DNA of 64,000 nucleotides from Octopus vulgaris (Eukaryota): positions 28,272,001-28,336,000 of the forward strand of contig OX597833.1 in assembly GCA_951406725.2 (NCBI GenBank), written 5' to 3'. Under the pieces are notes generated by a model, which was not told the DNA's origin, made no database searches, and saw only the letters and a list, made by a program, of their open reading frames with translations. The position numbers were made by a program, and so were the translations under genes. Each line of letters begins with the position of its first letter. The stretch's first letter is position 1. Below are positions 1-13,739 of the stretch, in pieces.

Positions 1-117
1 ACCAAGCCAAAACAGATTATGGGACCAAGTGTGGCCCCTGACCAATTCCTATCAAGCTGTCCAACCAATGTTAGCATGGAAAATGGGCGTTAAATGTTGT
101 TGATGATGACGATGACT
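1..117 (+). mobile_element. 3' end of (GAT)n-tailed SINE-like element
   Basis: tccaacc...tagcatggaaaatgggcgttaaatg followed by a (GAT)n tail; same 3' end as the copies at 222-528, 8944-9197 and 19860-20045. Confidence 0.7.
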
Positions 118-221
118 TCAGTCTATACACGTGCGTGTACATGTGTATAGATTTGGTAGAATCCATCCATTGGAACCTGAAAGAAGCCCATAGTATATAT
201 ATATATATATATATGCCTTAC

Positions 222-528
222 TGGCATGTGAACAAAACATTTGAGCGAGGTCGTTGCCAGTGCCGCTGGGCCGACTCCTTTGCAGGTGGCACGTAAAAAA
301 ACACCATTTCGAGCATGGCGGTTGCCAGTACCGTCAGACTGGCCCTCATGCCGGTGGCACGTAAAAGCACCCACTACACTCTCGGAGTGGTTGGCATTAG
401 GAAGGGCATCCAGCTGTAGAAACTCTGCCAGATCAGATTGAAGCCTGGCGCAGCCATCTGGTTCGCCAGTCCTCAGTCAAATCGTCCAACCCATGCTAGC
501 ATGGAAAGCGGACGTTAAATGATGATGA
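222..528 (+). mobile_element. (GAT)n-tailed SINE-like element with two internal ~60-bp modules
   Basis: Modules ending ggtggcacgtaaaa(a)cacc, a core tggttggcattaggaagggcatccagctgtagaaa, and a gatgatgat tail. The family recurs more than 8 times in the window. Confidence 0.8.
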
Positions 529-1024
529 TATATATAAAGCTAATAAGTAACAAGGATGTCCAGGTATCCTTGTTATTTGCTTTTTATTCACCTAACTTCG
601 AGCTGTGCAGACTATACTGAATTGGCTTGGTCCCCCAATTTAAGTACCTAATTCAACTGAGTCACGCATTGAGTCGAACCAGGGGCAGCTCACGAAGGGG
701 AATTTTCCTTGTATTGTTTGTCTCGCACTCTCTGTTTTTTCGTTAAAAAAAGTCCGTTTCCTTGTTTGATTTTATGTTTTCGTTTCTCGTTGTGTTCTAC
801 GTTTATTTGTGGTGTCCTGTACTCATATATGCATGTATATATACATATAGATGTAAGTATGTACATATATGTATGTATATATGCATATGTTTTATTTATA
901 TTATTATATGACCGAACGCACGCGTTGTTTTCTCTTCTCCAAGTAAGTTTTTATTTATTTATATATATATATATATACTTTTGTTTAGTTTGGACTAACA
1001 TATGTTGTGATCCATTAATAAAGT

Positions 1025-1434
1025 AGAATTCTACTATATGGCTCAGAAACCTGGACGCTATCAAAGAAGCTTGAGAGGCGGTTGGATGGAACCTACACTC
1101 GCCTCCTTATGAGAGCTCAAAATCTCTCGTGGAAGCGCCATCCAACCAAAATGCAAATATATGGGAAACTACCACCTGTGTCATCTCTTGTGAAAGGTAA
1201 GAGAGTCCAGTTTGCTGGACATTGTTGTAGAGCTGAAAACGAGGTAATTTCTCCTCTTCTCCTCTGGAAGCCATCTACTCGCGATACCAGAGGGCGGACA
1301 CTCTCCTACCCAGATGTAATCTCCAGGGATACAGGCATCCAGCAACAGGACCTCCGTAATGCCATGATGGACCGTGAAGTCTGGCGTAGCATGGTAAATT
1401 CCATTGTCTCGACCACGGTTGAACAATGATGATG
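1025..1434 (+). mobile_element. 5'-truncated RTE-clade LINE (RT C-terminus) with target-site duplication
   Basis: Reads ILLYGSETWTLSKKLERRLDGTYTRLLMRAQNLSW...AMMDREVWR, then a (GAT)n tail. The 11-bp TSD attaataaagt lies at 1014-1024 and 1435-1445. Confidence 0.88.
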
Positions 1435-1464
1435 ATTAATAAAGTCTATGAATTTCCATCTGCA

Positions 1465-1843
1465 AGTTGGCAGAATTGTTAGCACACAAGGCAAAATGGT
1501 TAGTGGCATTTTGTCCATCTATACATTCTGAGTTCAAATTCCGCTGAGGTCCACTTTATCTTTCATCCTTTTGAGGTCAATAAAATAAGTCCCAGTCAAG
1601 CACTGGGGTCAATGAAATCAACTTACCTCTCCCCCGAAATTGCTGGCCTTGTGCCAAAATTTGAAACCATTATTATTATTATTATGAAGGCAGGGAGCTG
1701 GCAGAATCGTTAACATGCCAAGGTCGACTTTACCTTTCATCCTTTCGGAGTCGATAAATTAAGTATCAGTGAAACACTGGGGTTGATGTAATCGACTATT
1801 CCCCTCCCACAAAATTTCAGTCCTTGTGCCTATAGTAGAAAGG

Positions 1844-1890
<47 letters not shown>
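1465..1890 (+). mobile_element. Two tandem tRNA-derived SINEs (Nin-domain-like) with (ATT)n tails
   Basis: ctggcagaatcgttagc A-box region, gagttcaaattcc B-box, a ctttcatcctttcggagtcgataaa core and (ATT)n tails. Further copies at about 14450-14650, 53020-53190, 56910-57350 (-) and 58900-59110. Confidence 0.7.
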
Positions 1891-3389
1891 GTGTGTGTGT
1901 CACCAGCGCTTGTTTATGTCCCTGTAACATAGCGGTTCGGCAAAACTGACCGATAGAATAAATACTAGGCTTTAAAAAAATAAATACTGAATCGATTCCT
2001 TCGACCAACAATAATTAAATGCGGTGCCCCAGTATGGCCGCAGTCTAATGACTGAAACAATCGAAAGATGAAATATAAAGAAGATATGATTTCTTTTTAT
2101 AACAATTGATTTGGCCTTTAAATTTCGGCATTTGCCTACAACTTGACACCCCTGCGTTATGACAATAGACTCAGCCTTAGACTTCTATCAGTTGCTAACG
2201 AAGTTCCTTAGCGAGCCATGCCAGGGAGCCTGCAAGTTATAAAGAATTAGGAATGGAGAATACAAATGAGGAAGAACATTTACACTACACCCTTAGCTCC
2301 CATGATTAGAGGAGAAATCGATTGCGATGTTTCCCTGCCCAGTGCCCGGCATCTTCGGCTTCACCAGATTACAATAGTTTAACTACCCTAATACCCCATT
2401 CTTAAACAATAGACTCACTATTAGAATTGCATAATTCCGTTAACTACTCTAACACTTCCTACTTTCTCTAAAACAATTGACTTTGTTATAACACAATCAC
2501 ACCACCACTACTACTACAGCTAGTCATATCACCAACAAAACGTGGGATTCTTTTCGTAGACTCTTGACTTGCTAGAAATAGCAGCTAAATGCCATTCATC
2601 TCACGCTCTACCGTATTAAAAAAAGAAGTCACATTGTAATGTAGTAACAGATGCACTAAGTCTGAACTAATGACAGAACAGTCACGGCTGGAACATCTTT
2701 GATTACAGCTCCGCTCTGTCAAGCTGACTCGGAGTTAAAGAACATCATTACCATTTCGTGCCAACAAAGAAACCTTTATGTTGTCACTCGACTTGCTAGA
2801 AATGGCAGCCAGATCTGTCTCGAATTATATCCCGAAATCTTAAAAAAACAAAAAACAAAACCCCAGACACGTGTGTGTATTGAGAATAATGTAATTTTAG
2901 ATATGTTATAACTTAAAAGGTGCGACTGTCACGGTTGGAACGCATTTTATCCTTTGTTCAATCAGTATTGATCTGACGTGAACAACAGCAATGACAACTA
3001 CAATATCGCCACTACCACAACTTTAGCTTTGCACTACTTCATACAACAACACTATACCACTGCATCATAGCTCTACGATTCACTTGTCAGCCCCCACCAA
3101 TATTTCCAAACACAATAGACTCCATAACAACGACAACTGCAGTCTAACTGCAACGATCAAACAACTGCCCCGTTATCACTACTAACAACAAATATCGGTC
3201 AAATCTTCCCTAATTTACACACAGTTTTCTTTGAAAATAAGAAAGAACACATTGGATAACGAAATCCGCTGTCTGAAAAAGAAAGAAAAAGTGAAATGAT
3301 CACGATTGGAATGCTTTCGATCATAAGCCTACTCGATCGGGTTTCGTCTTGTGTTAAACAATAGCAATAACAAAACGTCAGTATATTTA

Positions 3390-4260
3390 AAGTTCTTTGT
3401 TTACTCTGTTATTCGCCACTAGTTTTACTAAATATAAAGGACTACCAAAATAATACAATAGTTGTGAAAGTTCTGTCGTTATCCTGTCATCCCCCATCAA
3501 ATTCTCTAAACACAGCAGACTATACCATAACGACAGTTATGGGGGAAGTTTCTTATGTTTAGATTCGAAAGTGTTTTAATAATCCTGTCATCCCCATTAA
3601 TATCTCTAAACGTAACGGACTCTGCCAAACCACTACTACAACATAGTTGCAAAAGTTCTATAATAATCTGTCACCCCTCCATCAAGTTCTCTAAACGTTA
3701 TGGACTCTGCCCGTAACACAAAGATAATATAGTTGCGAAAGTTCTATAGTAATAGTAATAGTCATTCCTCATCTATTTTTCTAAACGTTGTAGGCTCCAC
3801 CAACACTACACTATGAGACAACATAGTTGCGAAAAGTCTATAATTATCCTGTTACCCCACCTCGATTTCTCTAAATGTAATGGACTCTGCCAGTACCACT
3901 ATGATAATATAGTTGCGAAAGTTCTACAATAATCCTGTCACTCCCCATCAATTTCTTCGAACGTCATTGACTTCATCAACACCACTGTGATAGCATAGTT
4001 GGAAAAGTTCTATAGGTAGCATCTGGTAATTCCCACTTAAATTTTCCGGAGTAGACTCCACTCCTACGACAATAGTTACCAAAGTTCTATAAATATTCTG
4101 TCATCCCACATCAATTTCTCTAAACACATTAGAATTCACCATCACCACTACTATAACAGTGTATCGTAACAAAAGTTTTCCAACTATCCAATCTAGCTAA
4201 CCCCCCCCCCCCCACACACACACACATCAAGTTCTCTTAACACAATAGACTCCACCGCCA
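3390..4260. repeat. Degenerate ~85-bp tandem repeat (about 9-10 units)
   Basis: Recurring atagttgcgaaagttcta...atcctgtca.ccc..tcaa.ttctctaaac...ggactc at about 3458, 3643, 3729, 3823, 3909, 3995, 4072 and 4166. Confidence 0.85.
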
Positions 4261-4811
4261 TCCATCGTCCCGGCTCCTCCACAACAGCAAAGTCTCAACA
4301 AGTTCTTGCTAAAACAGGAAGCAACGAAGTGGCGGTGCTGAGAGGGTTGTTCTGTAGGAGGTTCATCAGCTGCCCTCATTGTTCTCACTCTCTCTTTCTT
4401 CCTTTCTCTCTCAATGTGACTAATAGAAAATAACTGTATAAAACATATACTGACTAAATGTGTGTGTGTGTGTGTATACACATATATATGTGTATTCTTT
4501 GTAATTCTACTTCGAGAGTTGGTACAGCACCATAGTTTTGCTTCACACAGAAACACACCACTGTATATTATATATCAAAAGTTTATATATATATATATAT
4601 AAAGTTTTCTATATAATATCACATCATTTATGTACGAATTATCATATATTATACATTTTTTAAAATTACATATATATATATAACCATACTTCAATAGTTT
4701 CTACAGTAGCATTATTTGTTACCCACAGACACAGGATTGTGTGTGTGTGTGTGTCTGTTGGAATGGAAGCAAGACATCTAGTCTTACCAAAATGGATGTA
4801 CAGCTAAAAGG

Positions 4812-4858
4812 ATGTCTAATATAAAAGTTGCTGTCAGAGTCAGGCCTCTCACCAAACG
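4812..4858 (+). CDS. Kinesin-3 (KIF16B/STARD9-like) motor protein, first coding exon
   Basis: ATG at 4812 reads MSNIKVAVRVRPLTK(R), the kinesin motor N-terminal KVAVRVRP motif. It ends CG|GTAAGT, a consensus phase-2 donor. An in-frame TAG at 4779 upstream supports this ATG as the start. Confidence 0.9.
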
Positions 4859-6268
4859 GTAAGTTTTTCTCATATATATATACACATCCTCTGTTTTTGT
4901 GATATCCATTATTATTATTATTACGTAATAATAGCATCTGGTTCTATACACATACACGCGCGCATGTTAGTAACGAACTGGAAGAATGAGTCCTCAGCTG
5001 CGGGAGACGGACATACGATTCTTTTTAACGTAAATTCTGTTTTGTGTTTGTGCGTGCGTATGATCGAAACTTGGTTTTGTCAATTCGGCATAACATTTGG
5101 AAGATTTTAGAACTTTCGGCTTCCATTGAGATATAGCGCGCACACATATACACGTGCGTGCGTGTGTGTGTATTTGTGTGTGTGTGTGTGTGTATTTATA
5201 TACATATACAGGCATACCTCAATTTACGTCTTTTGGCAGTACATCTGTTTCGACTTTACGTCGGTCCTGGCGAACATATTTAAAAGAATAAAACCAATAC
5301 TGAAATGGGAAAAATCCAATAAAGTACATGTACAAACCATTTATTAAAATAGATGTCAACTAATATATTTTTTTTAAAAAATGCTTTTCGTGTTATGTCG
5401 TTTTTCGAGTTAAGTCGCTTTTATTGGAACCAATTATCGATTTAAGTTGAAGTATGCCTGTATTTAGTTTTGTCTTATTGAAACTGAAAGTTTCACTAAA
5501 AAAACCATATCCTTTACATGTGTGTGTGTGAATGTAAAGAGAGCGTTTATGCCTGATCAGGATCCTGATTTGTGTATGTAGGGTTTTGTGAGTTGTGTGC
5601 TGGTTTATTCAACGGTAAACTTCTCCGGTAACTTTATCTACATATATGGTTGTGTGTGTGTGTATATCATTTCGAGTTTTCGAATGTATGTGTTTATAGA
5701 GATTATTGCGCACACGCTTTATTTAACGTTATTAATATATGTATAAAATGTGTGTGTATAGATGTGTATAACTACTATAAGGTATATAAATAGATGTATG
5801 TATGGATTTGTGTATATCTACTGTAAGATACACACATGATGGCAGACGTGTGTTTCTGGGGCAGCATGCTGCAGACTCCCATGAATATTTTTTCATGCGC
5901 ACGTATGTAATTATATCTATCTAGATACATACACACTCACACATATACATGTATGTGTGTGTATATATATATATAATGGATTACGGAGTTTAAATGGTAA
6001 TGCAGTAACTTTTATGTGTTGTAAAATTAAATCTCTCCGACCAACATCTCCAGATCGAAAGTCAAACAAGTCAAGACTGGCACCACGGTTACTACCATTA
6101 CATGTGATACAAACTCCTGCAAATCTATGTATAGGCTTGTGTGTGTATAAACACACAAACGCGCGCGCAATCTGTGTATGTATATATATATATGTATATC
6201 TATGCAAGTATGTATATATTTATGTATATGTGTGTGCGTCATCTGTCTTGTGTGTATATATATATATA

Positions 6269-6303
<35 letters not shown>

Positions 6304-7889
6304 TATATGCACATATCTTTATTTATACATCTATATTTACACAGATAAACCCATGTATGTGTATATATTTATGTATATATGTATGCAAAAAGGTATGCAT
6401 ACATATATACGCATGTGTACACATACAGCTGTGTATGTAAACACGTATACCTTCCCTTACACATAAGATACAGATATTTATTGTAATGATAGATATTTTA
6501 AAATTGTTTATTGTTAACTGTAGAATTGTATACCTAGTGCCATGTGTGCTTTACCATTTAGTATATACACATACAGTGGATAAAATGATTCTGTTAGTTT
6601 GCGAACTTTTCGAGTGTGAAACACGTCTGACTCCTTGAAAAAATTGCGAATTACAGCAACGTTCACATTTCAGAAGCGTTTTGTAATCAAGTATGTCTTT
6701 AGTAAGGACCAGCACTCCCTCTCCACATGTTAAAGCATGATTCTAAAGAGGCCTTTGAGAAATTCATTACCCAATTTGAGAAGGTTGTTTAGATATGAAG
6801 CAAGATGAGAGCGATAAATGGATTAATTTTTTTTAAAGCTTGCAGAGATGAAACAGCCAATTAGCTTTTATGAAACTGGTTGGTCTTAAATTGCATGAGG
6901 CGGCTGAAGATGGTTTTACATTGTAACAGAAAAGGTCATTGCATTAACTATATCCATCGAAACATCAGCCTGGAAAATAATTAGGGCTTCCAGAAGAAAT
7001 TCTGTAGATTGGTGCAAGGGAACAAGCATGTTTTCAGGTTGTGACAGTGGGGAATTCTCAAAATTGAAAAGGACTGTTTTTCTTTACTTTTTTTTCTTTT
7101 TTCGATAATTATAGTAAAGGGAGTGCCTTATCATATATTTGCATGTCCATCTCTAAGCCCCAAACAATTTATTAATGACTTTGTCAGTCCTCTAAGACAA
7201 ATCTCAAAATATTGAGATATAGGTTGGTTATTAGAGGATGTTTTTTGCTAAGGAATAAATAAAGATGGTCAAAAGGGTATTTGGTATAACTTTGCTTTTT
7301 ATTGTGAAGTTACAAAAAAAATGACATTGCAGGGATGCTCTTTTTACAGTTCATGAATAATGTTATGGATAGCGTTGTTATGAATGTCCATAATTGTTAT
7401 GTTGAAATCAACTTCAATGCAAGATGAAACTTGTCTTTGGTATGAACCAAAAACTTTTCACGACAGTGAAGAATGCCTTGTTGCTGTTAAACAATCTCTC
7501 AATTGGAAGACGGTAAGACATTGCTCTACCGTGGGAAAAGTTCTGTAGTAGTGTTAGTTTAAATTTGGCTATAGTGGATCGAATCCACTTCATGCCTGCA
7601 AGATTCGCTACAGGTCTATCAATAACCAATAGTGTCTGTAATATGATACTATGAAGTATCATACTTTTGCAGAAATTAAAAACAGCTCAACATGGGCTCT
7701 TCATATCTTAGAAGAAAAACAGTTTTACTGTATCAAAATATTGTGAACAGTTTTTAAAATCTCTTTGTGATGTCACTAAAACAAACAGGATTGTGCTGAA
7801 ATAGGTTTGAGTTAACATGAATTAATTTGTGTGTGTGTGTATGTAAAACCACTTCTTAAACCTATTTCACTCTGAGACATTTCATGTTT

Positions 7890-8810
7890 GTTTTCCCTGT
7901 TGCTGATGACATCTCCTATTGCTCCTAAGGCTTGCAAGGGACCTTCAAATCATTCCACACTAATCACAATTCAGCAACAACTTGACCATCTGAATATTAG
8001 GACCAACAATGCCAAGTGAGTCCACTGACCAACCCACATCCTCTGCTACACAAGGTACTCAAGAGATCATGCTGATTATCACATTAATAGATGGAAGCAC
8101 CTTTATAACCACACTTTTAGCTGAGTAGACCTACCTTTGAGAAGCAGACACAACTATACTAGTCACATGTAAAAGACTCTTTCATACCCTTCTCAAGGAG
8201 AAGGTTCACATCCTCCATATATTTACCAGTATGTTTGAATTCAGTGTATACAACCCTCCTGTTCTCATATTCTTTAACAATGGTAACACTGAAATTCATC
8301 TTCAGTTTCCGGTCTGTCGCAAGATCTTCCAAGGTATTAGTGTCAACATTGATCTTTTTGCGTCTTTAAGATTGTCAGTAAAACGCTTTAAGATTGTCAG
8401 TAAAACGCTTATGTGGCTTGCATTGGGGCTGTTTCCATGCTCCTGGTCACCATGGCATGCAGGTGTCCTATGAACAGACAGGCTGACCAGATCACCTAAG
8501 TTTCATAATTATAGACTTGATACTTATTACTTTTGCTCACTTGTGTATTATGCAGTGTATTATGCAAGCTTTGCTGATGGAATTGCTCAAGATGTTGGAT
8601 ATACCCGTGGCAGGTTGTCCCGGTCTCACATCCATACAACAGTGCATGTTGGAACACATGTTTGATAGATCTTAACTTTTTTTACTGCTTTAATCTCAGA
8701 TTGTAACCAGAGCCTTAATTCAAGCTTTCCAAATGCATCACAGGCCTTAGGAAGTTTATAACTGGCCTCCTTATCAAGAGTATTAAATGTAATGTACTAC
8801 CAAGATAGAT
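7890..8810 (-). mobile_element. Decayed RTE LINE RT fragment
   Basis: The minus strand retains YLGS and LLYGCET motifs at about 8620-8805, with many stops. Confidence 0.55.
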
Positions 8811-8943
8811 ATACCCATGATTTTTAACTTTTTCTTACATACTTTATACACCTTGGCAAAAATGAGTAGTACTTGTATTTCAAAGGACCAGTCTTGTCAC
8901 ATTCTGTGTCATACTGAATCTCCCCGAGAATTACATTAAAGGA

Positions 8944-9197
8944 TTTGAGCGAGGTCGTTGCCAGTGCCACTGGACTGGCTCCTGTGCAGGTGGCATGTAA
9001 AAAACACCATTTGAGCATGGCCACTGCCAGTGCCCACTACACTCTCGGAGTGGTTGGTATTAAGAAGGGCATCCAGCTGTAGAAACTGTTCCAGATCAAG
9101 ACTGGAGCCTGGTGCAGCCATCTGGTTTGCCAGTCCTCAGACAAACCATCCAACCCATGCTAGCATGGAAAGCGGACGTTAAATGATGATGATGATG
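8944..9197 (+). mobile_element. (GAT)n-tailed SINE-like element
   Basis: Homologous to 222-528. Confidence 0.8.
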
Positions 9198-10869
9198 AAT
9201 GCATGTCTATGGAGTGCTCATCCATTTACACTTTAATTTCATGAGCAGGCTGTTCCATTTTTCAGATCAGCTGGAACCCTCGTTATTGCAACTGATGAAG
9301 TGCTGGTTTTTGTTGTTTTTTTATGCAATCATTTACTTGTGTTATCATTATTCATTTTCCCTGCCGGCATGCACACATACACATGCATACACACACACAT
9401 ACATATATACATATACATCTACACTCACATAATCTTGTGAGATTGGTGCTTAAACTGTTGCAAGCTGACAACTGCAAGAACATGTACAATTTGTGAAAAA
9501 GTACTGGTTGTAGCCATCAATGCAGGGCCTGAGCAGAGGGACATAATATAAGTTTTGAGTGAGTTGAAAGTGCCTGTGTTGATGTGGTGCTTGACCTTCC
9601 AGCTTTGGAGTCCAGAGTCTATTGTAATAGCCTTGCTTCTATTGATGAACTTCATTGTTCAAAGAAAACTATGAAACCACCTGAACAGCTTTAGGACTTG
9701 ATTATTCTGTTAGATTGTGTAAAATCTAATTCCAAATAGTTTATACTACTGCTGTAAACTTTAGTTAATTTTACAGTCTCATAGTTTATTGTTTGTTGTT
9801 TTTCATAATAGATGTATCATGTGATAAGTGCTTTCTCTCACTTAAAGCGAGACACGATGACCTTCCCTGCCAATGAATAGTAATCCGGCTCTCTGCTTTC
9901 AAAGACGGAATTAAAAATCTTTTACTTGAAATTAGTGAATGCCTTAATATGTATTCATCTAATTCATACTAGCAGGAGGAAATGGATGTAAAACAAATGT
10001 ATAAATTGTTTGTGTGTATGCTCTCCTGTCTCTTGTCATACCTTCATCCACTTCAACACACCCAGCATCATGTCATGTCACACTTCATCTTTCACATCCT
10101 ATTTAACATCACAACTCACATCCTGGGAGTTTGGCTAAGTTTATTAACTTCCTTAATTTTTAGATCATCCCAGTTTTAGAATAGTTTAATGTGACTATAA
10201 TAATTGACTATAATAATACATCACTGCTGCTGACTTTTATGCAACAGTTAAAATTACTATACAAGTTATACCATAGCTAAAATTTGAAAATGTTTTCCCC
10301 GAAAAAACTTGATTAGAGATGCTTATTCTAAGGGATGGTTTGAAATCAGTACCAAAATATAAGATGTGATGTACACTTCTCATGAAAAATGCAATGGTTT
10401 CTTTTCACCATGCAGCCCATTTTGTTTCACCCACTTTCACTTTTATGTGGCCGTTTTATGTAACTAAATCAAAAGACCAAATGTACACAATTCTTTTCCT
10501 AACAATATTTCCTTGTTTCCTTTGGTTGTTAGTCTGCATAACTTTAATTCAAATATCTGATTAGTCTTTTACAAAGTAATTTTTCTATACTATTAGAACA
10601 CATATATGATGGAAAGGAGGAAGATGAGTAGAAACAAGTAGAATGATATTATAGCTCATGATATTTAACTTAGCCACAAGGTGATACAGTTTTGGGGCAA
10701 GGAATGTAGTTTATTTAACCAATCCAATACACGACTACTCCTAATTCATAGAACATAGAAGGATGTTGGCAGTCAAAAATGGAAGTATACAATACTTTTA
10801 TTATTGTAAACTTTTTGTTTATTTTAAATTTCATTATTTGTTTTAGATCAATAAATTAAAAGTTTGTCA

Positions 10870-11930
10870 TCTATATATATAAAACAGAAACTGTGTGTGT
10901 GTGTGCAAGATCGAAGGTTTATAACTCGAGTTCCCCCTAACCAATTCCAGTGAAATTTCAGACATGCATTTGGTATGTTCCGAGGTATGTTTTAGTCATA
11001 ACAACTGCTTCGATCAATGTTCGGTTTTCGCAAAAACTCAATCGTTAATTATCGATTTTTTTTCAAACAGTTGTCTGATTTTGATCAAACTTGACATACC
11101 TATGCATTCTTACCCAAGGTTTTTCGTTTCATTATTATTTTTTTCAAATTCCGGTTTGTTTGAGTACAGCATGGGAAAAGCCAACTCAAAAAATGCATTT
11201 AAGGCAGGCCATAGTGCTGGAACCAATGAGCCGATTTAAACCAAACTCAGTAAACGAATGCATTTTCACTCAACAAGTCTTATGCCATGGTATATTTCAT
11301 TAAATTGCACTTTGTTTGAGCACAATTCGATAAACTCACATTCGAACAAAATGCCTTTGTTGTGGTAGCTCCTGATTTGTTTTTCTCAGAACACTGACCC
11401 CATTCCTTCTCCGATGCATAAACAATTAATCTCTACCATGGTGTGCACATACATTGTGACCCCACGTGACCTCAAAATAGCCACTGCCAAGAACAGTAAA
11501 CATCCGGCACTGAGGCTTTCCATTGCAATAAATGAAAGCGATTTCTATGTGTAGCATGAGATAGTTAAAGCAATAACAGCCTCTGCACTGCACAAGCTAC
11601 TGGTAAGTATTTAATACTTCTTTCATCCATTTCACTATTAGTAGTAACCGGCATTGCACGGGTCTTAATAGATTACCATGAAACTGCGGAAACATGAGGC
11701 CTTACACTTGAGAAAAGACAGTTTGGGGCGTGACATTGTTAAAGCAATAACCTTGGTAACCTCTTGAATCAAATCAATACCAGAGCTACCTTTCGAAAAG
11801 TTATATTTTTGCGCTGTTTACGGTTTCCGTGTACAAGTGCTTTTGGGTGAAGCCGGGCCAAACCACTGAACCACCAGACCAATTCGATTGAAATTTCAGA
11901 TATGCATTAGATATGCTTGAAGAGTCTGTG
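10870..11930 (+). mobile_element. Non-autonomous Helitron-like sequence(s)
   Basis: A|TCTATATATATAAAA 5' end followed by (TG)n. Degenerate 3' hairpin-like motifs at about 11580 and 11645 (minus strand cccgtgcaatgccgg). The subterminal ccaatt...gaaatttcaga.atgcatt is repeated at about 10940 and 11880. Confidence 0.55.
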
Positions 11931-13079
11931 TTGCTGTTTTTCCCTATGTTCTAATCATATGTCCATAGCAATGGAACTGTGACCACTCAATGTAGAAAAG
12001 TAGTAGCCTGACTGAAGAGGCTCCCTGTTCTCTGAGTGACATAACTTGTTAAGTAGCTTTACTCCAGTGATCTTTCAGAGGAACCCTGTTTTAGCTGTTT
12101 GTATTGGAATACAGAGAGAACTAAAAACCTTTGATCTATCATCCACAAAAATACAAGGCACTCTTGGAATCCTTCATCTTTCAGTTATTACACACGTGCA
12201 TACACACACACACACAAGTATATGTTTGTGTTTATATTACAAAACCATACAAGTAACATCATTCCCTGGTTTCACACATACCTGAAGGAAGGATGGCAAG
12301 CTTCTTAATTCATTACAATGTGTCTCTGTTTTAACTTACGGTCACCTCTCTATTTTCCCTTTATAAGCCTTTCCATAAATGCATGTTAGAGATGCTGTTC
12401 TTCCCCTGTATGAAGGGCAGCCAATCATATAGGTTCCTGTCATCTCAAGTACAAAACAAGGGTAAAACCGAATTCTACTGTTTTTACTCTACTTCAAAGG
12501 ATGGTCAGCAAAAAATTCAGGGAATCTGTGATACATACAACATTGGAATTATATCCAAAAGTAACACCATGTTTCAGATTTCTCAACAAATTTAAAATTA
12601 CCAAACACATATGAAATGAATCTAAACCATCTTGTAAAGAAGAAACTGAGAAGTCTCTAAAAGTTAAAATAGAGGAAAACTGAAAACCCCAGAAAGAGGA
12701 GAGACTTAAGTCAGGAATGATTAAATAAATATAGTTGAAATAAAATAATGGAATGAAACTTCCATAATTGATAGAGAACCACAGTAGACACTCAGAATAA
12801 TCAAAGAAACAGTAGAAGTTACAGAAACACTTATTAGTAATGTGAGCACTGAAATGATTTCAGTATAGCTGACTTGACTGGAAAATGAATTGAAGAGAGC
12901 CTATAAATCAAGCATTGATTATACATGAACTAGAAATCTTGTGGAGAGGAATTACTATGCTTGGTGTGGAAATAAAGGTGTTTAGTTTGCAGATATCCAG
13001 GAATAAGAGATGTTAATGTGAAAAAATATAACCTTTTAAATATGTATGAGTATGTAGTGAGGATTAAAGGATAAAGACA

Positions 13080-13383
13080 CCACCCCTGTCATGAATTACC
13101 ATGAGATTGCACCTAGAAAGTTCCCATCCTAGGCATAAGTCCAAGCAAGATTGTTTATGGAAGACCAGCAGCTGCCCATCTTCACACTACTGATGTTATC
13201 CAAGGGAAAGGCAAAGGCTGATACAGCTTGGTACCAGTGATGTTGTAACTCATTTTTGCAGCTGAGTGAACTGGAGCTACATGAAATAAAGTGTCTTGCT
13301 CAAGAACTCAACACACAGCCCAGTCCAGGAATCAAACTCACTACCTCATGATTATGAACCTGGTGCTCTAACCAGTGAGCCAT
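13080..13383 (-). mobile_element. tRNA-derived CORE-type SINE
   Basis: Minus strand tggctcactggttagagca...gagtttgattcc (A/B boxes) and a cttgagcaagacacttt core. A second copy lies at 32010-32340; related SINEs at 20090-20350 and 25080-25260. Confidence 0.7.
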
Positions 13384-13739
13384 GCAAAGAAGTTTAAGGA
13401 AGAGAGCTAAAAGACCTTTTAAAAATTAATTACTATAGAGAAAAGAAACATCATTAACTTCAATAGTAATTCTTACGAAGAAAGACTAAGAGGGTAATAT
13501 TTGAAATCCAAATTAAAAACTGGATAGGAGTATTAGCAGAAGTGAGTTCTTTGAGAAATATCATAACAGTTCCAGATGAATTTTATCCTTATTACATCTT
13601 CTCAGCAGAACATAGTCTAACCAATACTTAATAGATCCAAAGTAACTGAATGAATAAATTCACAGATTTAGAAGATTAAAATAGTAAATTATATATCAAT
13701 AAGATTTTCTGTGTGTGTGTGTTCTAACTGATGACCATT

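Noticed and set aside
4227-4556. Minus-strand 109-aa ORF as a divergent gene
   Set aside because: It includes microsatellite-derived residues and has no recognisable motif or supported splice structure.
6560-7760. Possibly coding-derived sequence (old DNA transposon?)
   Set aside because: No motif could be read confidently through the many stops; it needs a translated homology search.
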